This document shows, piece after piece, positions 37,626-48,362 of a stretch of DNA of 64,000 nt. This stretch comes from Chiloscyllium plagiosum (taxonomy: Eukaryota), in the NCBI RefSeq assembly GCF_004010195.1, contig NC_057718.1:76954079-77018078 (forward strand), given 5' to 3'. The translations under genes were made by a program, and so were the position numbers. Numbering within the stretch: position 1 is the first letter of the stretch; every line of letters starts with the position of its first letter. Below the pieces are notes generated by a model. That model saw only the letters and a program-made list of their open reading frames with translations. It ran no database searches and was not told the DNA's origin.

Positions 37626-39319
37626 TGTAGGGTTCTGGTTTGTAATCAATTATTTTTGATGTTTAAATGGTTCGAAATACCCACCGTTCCCTGCTTCTAG
37701 ACACTGGACCTACTTAGGGAATGTGAACTGTTTCAGGGTAAAAGAATCTGTATGTTTATTTAAAATACAAAAGGTAAATATAATACAAGAAAATATAGGT
37801 AAATGCAACAAACAGGGAAATTGACAGAATCAACTATACAGAAGACAGCAATACTATTAAATACACTTTTAGCTAGATTAAACATGATAGAACCTAAACG
37901 CAACAGTTTAAGTGATAGAATCTTTAATCAGGCTTCCTACTCTTGGGGTCCCAATGCACTGTCACCCCTGCCTTCCCTCCCTGCTAGCTAGGTCAGAACT
38001 TTGGCGTCTCAGGAGTTTCAGCTCAAAACTGAGGAAAATGCAGTTTTAAAATATGCCCGGTTGCTGAGGTTCTTGCCTCTGGTTCTCTTGGTTTGGAATA
38101 GGCCCGTGTCTGGAAGCTCTTGTTTGGAAAGTGCTCAGTTGGCTTCCCCCTTCTTGGGGGTCCTTTGTTCCAATGATGCTCTTAGTTTGGCTTCCCAGTT
38201 CAGCTTCTCTGTCTGGCCTCCGTGGTTCTTGGCTCTGAAGCTGCTTGTTGGGGTGGATGCCTGTTAGTGCAGAAGCTTGTTGTTGAAAACAGAAGCTCTT
38301 CCCATGAGATTGGAGCTGAAAGTTATACTTGATGTTCTCTTTTGAGGTTAATTGGCTTTCCAATGGTTGAAGTATTGGAACGAATTTTGATTGAGGCTGA
38401 ATGTCCAGTACCTTTGTAGGCTCCATATTGTCTGCGCTGGGTAGTCTGAACTCTCAACTTTCTGATTCTTAAGATGTATCTACCTCCTCTTTAAATACTT
38501 TTGGTGATCTAATCTCCACAGTTCATGGGGGGCAGAGAATTTCAGACATTTGTTACCTTCTGAGAGAATAAATTCCTTTGCATTTCAGTTTTAAATGAGT
38601 GCCCCTTAATCTTTAACTGTGTCCTTTAATTCAAGATTCCCCCACTCGTGTAAACAAGTTCTCAACATTCACCCTGTCAAGTTCCTACAGAATCTTGTAC
38701 ATTTCAATATGATCACCCCACATTCTTAAACTCTAATAAGTAAAGGTCTAACCTGTTTAAGCTACACTTGATAAGTCAACCCCTTCATTCCATGAATCAG
38801 CCTCGTAAATTACTTTGGAACTGTCTCCTGTAGGATTGAGCAAAAATCCCCATTCATCTAAAATACTGAATGCCACATGTATGTTAATTTTGGGCATTGA
38901 TTAATAAAGAGGTTATTTTGTTAACTCAAATTCATTATAAACAGCAGTTCATGAAAAAGGAATGTTATTGTTTTCATTTTTAAAAATTACATATAAATCT
39001 ACCGCAATATCAGTTTAATTACATTTTTCAGATTGAATAAATCAAAGTTAGGCAAAGTGTCTTGTGTAAAAGGGCTACTACTTCAAGCCTCCAACAATGA
39101 ATACAATTATTTGTTAGTTTTGGTTGGTTGTCCTCTCAGAAAGGAGATGTAGATTGGTATTCCAGGCTAAACAATGGTTCCAGACAGCCATCTCAGTTCT
39201 GTTAGGTGTGTTTGTGTATTTTCCACAGAACGCATTCCAGCTTCAATTTTAAAAGATTTGAAAAGTCCAAGGTTTTGTCCAGTATTTTAGATGAATGGGG
39301 ATTTTTGCTCAATCCTACA
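37626..39319 (-). mobile_element. Solo LTR (~1.03 kb excluding the inverted insert)
   Basis: Terminal TGTAGG/CCTACA; exact TSD ggag at 37622-37625 and 39320-39323; splits a CR1. Confidence 0.88.
38451..39112 (-). repeat. Composite inverted duplication of two local segments
   Basis: 38451-38868 is the reverse complement of 39280-39731; 38870-39112 is the reverse complement of 36517-36760. Confidence 0.93.
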
Positions 39320-39814
39320 GGAGACAGTTCCAAAGTAATTCACGAGGCTGATTCATGGAATGAAGGGGTTGACTTATCAAGTGTAGCTTAAACAGGTTAG
39401 ACCTTTACTTATTAGAGTTTAGAAGAATGTGGGGTGATCATATTGAAACGTACAAGATTCTGTAGGAACTTGACAGGGTGAATGTTGAGAACATGTTTAC
39501 ACTAGTGGGGGAATCTTGAATTAAAGGACACAGTTAAAGATTAAGGGGTACCCATTTAAAACTGAGGTGCAAAGGAATTCCTTCTCCCAGAAGGTAATGA
39601 ATGTCTGAAATTCTCTGGAGACCCCACCAACATCACCACCCCCACCCCCACCTGCAATGAGCTGTCGAGATTAGATCATTGAAAGTATTTACAGAGGAGG
39701 TAGATACATCTTAAGAATCAGAGAGTTGAGGGCAATGCTGAGCTGTCACAAAAGAGGAGTTGAGGCATGTTGAATGGTGGGGCAGGTGTGAGAGAACAAT
39801 TGTTTAAAATCACT

Positions 39815-40100
39815 TGTGGGCATCACTGGCATTCATTTCCTGTCCCTGGTTGCCCTTGAGAAGGTGGTGGTGAATTTCCTTTTTGAGGTGCTGCAGTCCA
39901 CATGCTGTAGGTTGACTCATAGTGCCCTTATGGAGGGAATTCCAAGATTTTGACCCAGGAACAGTGAAGGAATAACAATACATTTTCAAGGTAAAATGGT
40001 GAATGGCTTGGAGTGGAACTTGCAGATGGTGGCATTCTCATGTATCTGCTGCCCTTGTTCTTCTGGATAAAAATGGTCATGGGTTTGGAAGATGCCTACT
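39815..40100 (-). mobile_element. LINE 3' fragment (second family)
   Basis: Same 3' UTR as 21230-21590. Confidence 0.75.
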
Positions 40101-41799
40101 TGTGCTCCATTTCTCATATTCTTATTTTCTTACAGGGGCTGGATTTTACCTGGTCCTCCAAGGATTGGGATGCACGGAACTGGGGCTTGTGAAAGGATTA
40201 GGGAAGAGAAAGAGATGGGGTATCTGTTGTTTTCTTGCCACCATGGCATTTTACCAGTTGTAGCAAAATGAGTTGCCACCATGGACAACACTTTTCTCTG
40301 CCATCACCAACCAAAGGGTTCTTGCCAGAATCTTCTGGACAAGCCCCAGTGCCCCAGATTCTACTTCCATGGCCTGGTATTTGAAGCTTACCTTAGACAG
40401 AGAACAAGAAATAATTTGGATAATCAGCCTTTAAACAGAACATTTAAAGAGATTAAAGCATTTGAAGATAAGTGGTTGCCTGGAATCACAAATTACTGAC
40501 CGAGTTCGAGGTGAGCATGAATGAAGTTACTCTGTTTGACACTCTAGGAAACTCATCCTGTGATACAGAATTCTTGGCATGGGTAGTAGTCAAACATTTG
40601 AGAGTGGACAAAATCTTTCAATAGTATATTACAGTATGTGTTGGCTGCAAATGTCTGGGCATGTGATGGCACGGATTAGTTCTGTGCTGACCAAAGCTTA
40701 TGATACTAGCTTTCTCTTCTCTTTGCCAGTTGTAGTGCCAAAACCAATATCACTGATGCATAATGACAGTGTAGGTGCTCTGGCTGTTTTGCCAACTTAT
40801 ATGAATCGTTAGTTCTAGCCTTTATTCCCTCAGTACCTGTTAAATTTACATATCGCCTCACGAGGGAATGAGAAAGGTTATTCTTTGGGGCTGTTTTAGA
40901 CATTACATCCTTACCTGTAGGTCTCATATATTATGTGCAGAATTGGCTGTATTTCCAATTACAGATGAGAACAGTCCACCCACAAGACATATAAATAAAC
41001 AGAGGGAGAAAAAGAAAATACGTCAATGCTAAATAGAAAGTGCTCAGAATTAAGAATTAATTATGTGTTTAACTAGATTGATTCCATTTTGCAACACTTT
41101 TTAACTTGACTGACCAATTTTGATTAACTCCACCAATCAAAGGTAACGTTAAGAAGTCCATTCTACTGATTGCCATTGAGCAATATCCAATACCAATGCC
41201 ATCAGGAAGAAAAGCCTCAGGTCTGCAGGTACTGTAGTAATGTGTGATCTACACTCCTGTGGGTGAACAATGGGCTTTATCAAATGCAAATGTGTAGAAG
41301 GTGATAAGATAAGGCATCTTACCTGGAGCCCTACTGACTGAGGTTTCAGTTCCATCTGACCTGATGTCTCTGACAAATTTCCTTTTGCCCATGATCAATA
41401 GCTACCTTTAGAGTAAAGGTATAATGCTCTTAGCTCTGCAAGAACCCCTCAGAAGTGTTCACATTGATGGTGACATTACAGTGCATCGTATAAAAATGGC
41501 TGGCTTTAACATGCTAGGAAATGCACGATTCACAAATGAGTGACTTCATAGCACTATAATATCTGTGCTTGAACAGAGTAATGATTGAAGTGAAGGCAGG
41601 GCTGGAAATGCATGAACAGGTAGATGTTTGTCAAAACCCTGCCAGTCTTGTGTCTGAGCTGTCAAGAATTAAGTGACATACGAAACTTCAAAACTATTTG
41701 AGACCCAACAGCCAGATAGATAAGTTATGGATAAGTTGACACAAAGGCAAAATCACCTGGTTTTGTCAAATGAAAACCAAGCACATAACTATGAAACAC

Positions 41800-42300
41800 T
41801 ATGTAAAACTTACTGGAGTATGGTGCACAGTTCTAAAAGCCACAGTATAGGATAGATGTGAATGCATTGGAGAACGTACAAAAGGTATTTACAAGAATAC
41901 TTCCAGGGATGAATTTACAAGAATAGATTGAAGAGATTGGGACTGTTGAGATGACTAAAAGAAGATCTGACAGAGGTTTTCAAAATCATGAGAAGTCTGC
42001 ATAAAATAGATAGGGAGAAACTGTTCTTGCTCAAAAACGTGCAAACATGAAGTGATTTGCAAAAACAGCAAATATGTGTAAGAAATAACTTATTCATACA
42101 ATGCACTACCTATGAATGTGGTGGAGGGAGGTTCAATTATAGCATTATTAAACAGGGAATTGGACGATCATTTGAATAGAAACAATAGTATGAGGAAAAG
42201 GCAGACAAATGGCCCCAAGTTGTAATGCTCATTTGGAGAGTGGTGCAGACATGCTGTGTGGAATGGCACCCTTGTGGGTCATAATGCTTCTGTAATCCTT
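41800..42300 (+). mobile_element. CR1 3' fragment
   Basis: LEYGAQF...ALENVQKVFTRILPGM. Confidence 0.75.
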
Positions 42301-42340
42301 TGACTTGTAGGTTTCCTGAGCAGTTAAAGTAAGTTAACAT

Positions 42341-44137
42341 TGTGAGATATTGTGATCTGAGATTTTGTGTTACAGGTTATCTTTATATTCATTAATACTG
42401 GGTTCCTACTCATTCATTCATAACCCTTTACTAACCCATTATTTACTATAACACGGTTTCATTCATTCATTCATAAAATCATGGTACTGTAGTATATTTT
42501 ACTATACAAATTTAAAACAACTCTTTCTAATCAAAACAACCCTTTCAAAATTATTGCATTTTCACATCTTATCAGTCCTTGCTCCAAAAGTGTTTATCTT
42601 TGAATAAGTTTATCATATAGAATACAAAATCGGTGAAGATTGGGGACAATATTTTATTCTCACTCACACTTAACACTGGAGCCCCCCAGGGGTGCATACT
42701 CATCCCCCTACTGTACTCACTATATACCCATGACAGCGTCACCAAATACCAGACTAATGCCATTTACAAGTTCACTGATGACGCCGCATTGGTCAGTCGA
42801 ATCTCTGATGGCGACGAAACAGACTATAGACAAGTGGAGAGTGTCAAGCTCTTGGGAGTGGTCATCCACTACAAGTTTTTTTGGACTCTTCATGTGGACA
42901 AACTGATTACAAAGGCCCAACAACGTCTCTTCTTCCTCAGGCAGCTGAGGAAATTTGGCATGATGGCGAATACCCTTGCCAACTTTTGTAGGTGCACCAT
43001 CGAGAGCATTCTGTCTGGATGTATCACTTCCTGGTATGGCAACTGTGTACCATTCAAGATCGGAGACGGTTACAGATAGTGGTGAACTCAGCCTGACCAA
43101 TCACAAAGGCCAACCTCCCATCTATAGAATCCATCTACCAGGCCTGCTGTCAAGGACAGGTCACCAGCATTCTCAATGATGTATCCCACCCTGGCAATGT
43201 TTTTCTACAAACATTACCATTGGGGAGAAGATACAGAAGCCTGAACACACGCACCAACTGGTTTCAAAACAGTTTCTACTCTACTGTTGTTAGAATATTG
43301 AATGGACTCACAAACGCTTTACATTCGTCTATACCTCTGTTTTTATTTTTGCCGCTGTTTACCTATTATTTACTTATCTATGCTACTTAACTATGTGATT
43401 GGCCTATATTGTTCGCAAGACAAAGCTTTTCACTGTGCATCAGTACACGTGACAATAAATTCAATTCAGTAATACCATACTCATCAAGTCTTCACGAAAC
43501 ATTATAATACTAATCAGCCCCTACCAACCATGTCCTGGACCTGAATAGATTCCCCAATTAGTATGAAACTGTTAAATACCTTCTAACTGGACCATTATAC
43601 CTTTCAGAAACTAACTAACAAAACAGCACTTCTATAAAATTGCGTGAATGAATAAAACTCATATTGGCAAATAGTAAACAAATCTCACAAGCCAGCTGCG
43701 ATAAATCAGTTTAAAATTCTGTATTCTTTTATTAAGTATAGGTACAATTTTTAACTTGTTTAGACCTATAGCATAATATAGGCCTAGTTTTTTATTTAAC
43801 TAATATTTACTAATTTAAAAGACAAAAGAATTAACGCCTCTTAATTATGCAAGCAGACAGGACAGACACTCTTAATCCCATCAGAAATAGCAGTCAGCAT
43901 TTAGCACATTTTAACCCATCCCCTATGTCCCAGGATAGAAGCCCTTCAAACCTTAGTCTACTATAGATAAAACAATGTAACACCACAGTAATGGAATTTT
44001 AATATATCTAAGAACTGTGTATAAAGGGGCTCTTGTAAGATTCGATTCCTGCCTAGAACGTGTATTGTGTTTGTTGAATAAAGGAAGCTGTTTTTGCCAC
44101 TCATCGATTCTGGTCATTATTTGAATGCAATCCCACA
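42341..44137 (+). mobile_element. 5' LTR of endogenous retrovirus (interrupted by a Rex1-like LINE)
   Basis: TGTGAGA...TCCCACA ends; TATAAA 44020-44025; AATAAA 44077-44082; PBS follows after 3 nt. Confidence 0.75.
42620..43468 (+). mobile_element. Rex1/Babar-like LINE 3' fragment
   Basis: TLNTGAPQGCILIPLLYSLYTHD, KFTDD, KAQQRLFFLRQLRKF, IESILSGCITSWYGNC; aataaattcaattca tail. Confidence 0.88.
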
Positions 44138-44140
44138 ACT

Positions 44141-44158
44141 TGGCGTAGTCAGCAGGAT
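44141..44158 (+). promoter_or_regulatory. Primer-binding site complementary to the tRNA-Ser 3' end
   Basis: TGGCGTAGTCAGCAGGAT versus TGGCGTAGTCGGCAGGAT (vertebrate tRNA-Ser complement, recalled): 17/18. Confidence 0.85.
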
Positions 44159-44479
44159 CGCTGGGGACATCATCTAAACCAACCGGTCACTGACAGTTCT
44201 TTGAGGGTAAAATGCTTCCTTCTTAGAGTAGTGATCTAGTTCTTGCATGAGTTGGCTATTTTATTTTGAATCCCTTGCGTATAGACCTCAGATCGGCTAA
44301 CATAATCTGTCAGGGAATTGCCCATGATGCGTGCATTAGGGTGATCTTGGGGGACCCAGGGAACTGCCTACAATGTCCAGAGGCGGGCGAGCCCCTCCTG
44401 ACATAACTGAGGAAGAAATGCTGTAGCAGTTGTCAAATTATCTTGAGGTACAGTTCTCCTTACGGAAGACCCTAACCAA

Positions 44480-45850
44480 ACTTGGACAGAAGTAAATATG
44501 CCCAAGGACAGTGAACCCTAAGATGACACAGGACAGGTCTGGGGAGAAACCATCTGACAGAAAAATAAGGACAGAATTAAATGGTCCCTTGAATTAATGG
44601 GACAAATTTGCCAGAGAAATGAAGTCATATCCCGATCAGCCCATGATCGTGAAGTAATCCAACTGAAAGAGTAAATAAAAGCAATGCATGAACAGCTGCA
44701 GAAAGAAAGATTCAAACAGGAAACAGCTCACCTTAAAAGTCAGGAGCTTGAAAAAGAGAACAAGAAACTAAAGGATGAGATAGCAGTCCTAGTCAGTTTC
44801 TTACCCGGTTCCCAAGCACACGCAGAATCTGTACCCGACCACCCGAGATATCCAGGAAGTGATTTGCAAAACAAAGCTACAACCTTGGAAAATAGATGGA
44901 CTCTAGCAGTGAAAGCAATGAGGACTGTATATCCCAGTACCATTTTTATAACCCCATTAAAAGCACAAAAGTAAAGATTGGAAAAATGGTCAGGCAGAGA
45001 TTAGAGGATGGCACTGAGGTGGATGTTCTATTACTACAGACTGAAATGCACACTGTGCATAGACGTAAGACCCCTGAGAATATAGAAAGGAGGTCTAAAG
45101 AAATGCCTCACCCAAAGAAGGGGCCAATGAAGACATGGGAAAGCCTAGACTGGTTAAGGGGGGTATACATGCTCCATCCCTGTGACGGGCTCCAAATTCT
45201 GAATGTGATTGTAACTAAAAGAGAAGGACACCTTCACCATGAGGCAGTGAGAGGTGATCTTGGAGAGTATGAGAAGGTGCTGCAAGCTGGCTGAGCAGTA
45301 ATAAAACAGTGGTTACAGGGATAGAGACTGCATAAGACCGATTGGACAAAAGTCACAGCTTGCTGTCAAAAACCCACAGAAGTTAGAGAATATGAGGAAA
45401 GGTGTAGGTCAGCCTGGAAAGAATATGCAGGAGTCCCAAATGTGCAGGATGACTGGGATTTTGACAGTTGCATTAATGGCCCGCTGAAGTCTGCTTTTGT
45501 GGCTGGACTTAAACCTGAGCTCACTAAAATATTAAAGCTGACCAAAGTGGATTGGGACCAGAGGGGGATTAATTACTATGAATTGGTGAACCGAGCCCAC
45601 CAGCATATGGGCATCAAACTGCGAGTTCTTCAGGCAGGACAAATGAAACAGACCCCCAGTAACACCAGGAAGACTCAAGACAAACCCCCAGGGAAGTGGG
45701 AAGGAAGGCCACTGGGCTAGGGAGTGCTGGCAAAGTGGAAAAGGGGCAAGTCGCCTCTTAAGCAATGAGGAAGAGGAGAACCTGTAAACTGGGAGTAATA
45801 CCAATTTCCTAGAACAGTTAAAAAAAACTAACCACCTAGCAACAGCATGA
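44480..45850 (+). pseudogene. gag: Retroviral gag (disrupted)
   Basis: Coiled-coil region; capsid MHR-like TDWTKVTACCQKPTEVREYEERCRSAWKEYAG; LKSAFVAGLKPEL; zinc-knuckle remnant GKEGHWAREC at 45698-45727. Confidence 0.8.
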
Positions 45851-46227
45851 GCTGCTAAAGTTGACAAAAAACTGAAAGAGCCTGCTCTGTGCCCCTCTAT
45901 GCTCCTACTGGCTTTATGCCAGCAGAGGGGAGACGGACTATATGTGAACATGAGGATGGGCGATCTGGACATGGGGTGCTTTTTGGACACAGGAGCAGAA
46001 TTGACAAGCCTATCCCAGATGTATGAGACCAAACTCCCACTAGACAGGATAGTGAGGACAGCTTGTAGAGCAGGAGCTGGCAGGATTGAAATCAAACGGA
46101 CCAAATCCATAAGCCTTGAATTTGCCCCCGACGAGTTAGTAACTTTTACATGGGTAGGACCTGGAGCATCAGCTGCTCCTCAGGATGGATATCATCACCC
46201 AGCTGAATTCGCCTTTACACTTCGATG
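45851..46227 (+). pseudogene. pro: Retroviral aspartic protease (3'-truncated)
   Basis: LYVNMRMGDLDMGCFLDTGAELTSL. Confidence 0.85.
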
Positions 46228-46343
46228 ATGCTCATTTGGAGAGTGGTGCAGACATGCTGAGTGGAATGGCATCCTTGTGGGTCGTAACAGTTCTGTAATT
46301 TTGTGACTTGTAGGTTTCCTGAGCAGTTAAAGTAAATTGGCAT
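46228..46343 (+). repeat. 116-bp direct repeat of 42225-42340
   Basis: Ungapped alignment by eye, roughly 90% identical. Confidence 0.92.
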
Positions 46344-46684
46344 GATAATAACCCATAGAAGAACATTTGATCTCATCTATTTAGAAGGTCCTTGAATCAA
46401 TAGACAGAGCCTAAAACTGCAGAAATAGAGGTGCAACTTTGCAAGGTAGCACCGTGGTTCAGTTACATCTCTCTGGATATTATATTTTGTTCTCTAAGAA
46501 CCTACAGACTGATTCTGTTTTCTGCAGATGGGGAAGAAGATAATCTTTGAAAACAATCTAGCATAGGACCTGGATATTCAAGAGCATTTGCCATTTCAGA
46601 ACCACAGGAAGAAAAGGAAAAGAGTTGGCATAGCTGTGTTGATAAAGGATGAGCAAGAGTGTTAACAAAAGTGGCTTTGGTTTT

Positions 46685-46998
46685 GGGTAGCACAATGGCT
46701 CAGTGCTGCCTTACAATACCAGGGACCTTGGTTTCATTCCATCGTTGGGCAACTGTCTAGGTGGAGTTTACATATTCTGCATGAGTTTCCCCCCATAGTC
46801 AAACATTTGTAGACTAGATGGATTGGCCATGCTAAATTGCACACAGTGTCCAAGTATGTGTAGGTTAGGTGGGTTAGCCATGGAAAATGCAGGGTTACAG
46901 GGATAGGGTGGGGGTTTGGTCTGGGTGGGTTGCTCTTCAGAGGGTCTGTGTGGACTTGATGGGCTGAATGGCCTGCTTCCACATTGTAGGGATTCTGT
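46685..46998 (+). mobile_element. HE1-like SINE (older subfamily)
   Basis: Similarity to the 11602 SINE. Confidence 0.85.
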
Positions 46999-47047
46999 TA
47001 AAAAAAAGTTCAACGTGTAGAATCAATTTGGGTGTAAATAATTTGAA

Positions 47048-47312
47048 CTCAGCACCGCCTTCCTAACCTGCAATCTTCTTCCTGACCTCTCCGCCCCCAC
47101 CCCACTCCGGCCTATCACCCTCACCTTGACCTCCCTCCACCTATCGCAATTCCAACGCCCCTCTTCCAAGTCCCTCCTCCCTACCTTTTATCTTAGCCTG
47201 CTGGACACACTTTCCTCATTCCTAAAGAAGGGCTTATGCCTGAAACGTCGATTCTCCTGTTCCTTGGATGCTGCCTGACCTGCTGCGCTTTTCCAGCAAC
47301 ACGTTTTCAGCT
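47048..47312 (+). mobile_element. PLE family A 3' repeat, tail-less
   Basis: Matches 8389-8565; hammerhead core mutated (ctaaaga). Confidence 0.88.
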
Positions 47313-47945
47313 GTAAATAAGAAATAACAAGGAAAGTAGTGATTTATACGCCTCCTGTTAGTAGTTGCACTATTGGACAGAATATAAATCAAGAGATAAT
47401 GAAGCCTCGTAAGCAATGTACTTGAATAATCATTGGAGATTTTTTAACCTTCATTTAGGTTAGATGAATTAAGTTGGCAAAAGTAGTCTGGAGGATAAGT
47501 TCATGAGTCATATTTGAGACCATTTCTTAAAACAATATGTTACGGATTTAACTTGAGAGCAGGTTGTTTTAATTCTGATAGTATGTAATAAGACAGATTT
47601 AATCAATTACTTCATTATAAATGGTTCTCTAGATAAGAGTGTTCATAACACATAAGTATCTATGAATAGGATGCTTGATCCATGGCTAACTAATGAATTT
47701 AAGGATGGCATCAAATTAAAAGAACATTCTACAGTACTGAAAAGATTACTGGCTGGTTAGAAGATTTAAAAAAATTAGAAACCAGCAAAGTACAACAAAA
47801 AGAAAGGGAAATTGGAGCATGAGAGAACATTACCAAGAAATATAAAAACAGACAGAAAAAACTTTGAGAGGAAAAGAATAGGGAAAGTTGCCATGGGTCT
47901 CTTAGAGAGGTGAGACCACGGAATTAATAATGGAAATCAAAGAAA

Positions 47946-48362
47946 TGGCCAGTTCTCTAGCTGAGCAGTTTGGTTCAGAACTTGAGTTAGGAGCTCAGCT
48001 GTGGAGCTGTATGGAAACAGGCTGTTAATCTCTTTCTCCTTCTGCTCTTCTAACATCAACCTGTAAGCCTTTGTTTCACTTTTTGTTCTGTGTTTATTTA
48101 TTGGGATTGTTGTGCATATTCAGAACAGCATAATTAAGTCTAGTTTGGACAGACTGAGTTCTGTGGGTATTCTGTATTCTGTTCTTTATGTTTCATTCCG
48201 TAATTTTGTGAATACATTTCTGTCTGTTTTAAAACCTGATAAGTCAACCTATCTAACTATTCTGGGTAATTTTCACTGTACACTTACCAAAACAAATTGC
48301 AAAGTTATGGTCTGGGCTGCCTGCTTAATTTTGTTTTGAGTTGTCTGCCTTAGTCCATAACA
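47946..48362 (+). mobile_element. LTR 3' fragment related to 24337-24983
   Basis: Shares aagtta.ggtctgggc...gtccataaca terminus. Confidence 0.75.

Larger units (their letters stand above)
46345..47945 (+). mobile_element. Old CR1 endonuclease-region fragment with SINE and PLE inserts
   Basis: Degenerate similarity to 18130-19500. Confidence 0.55.

Noticed and set aside
45532..46110. 192-aa minus-strand ORF
   Set aside because: Antisense shadow of gag-pro with no independent motif.
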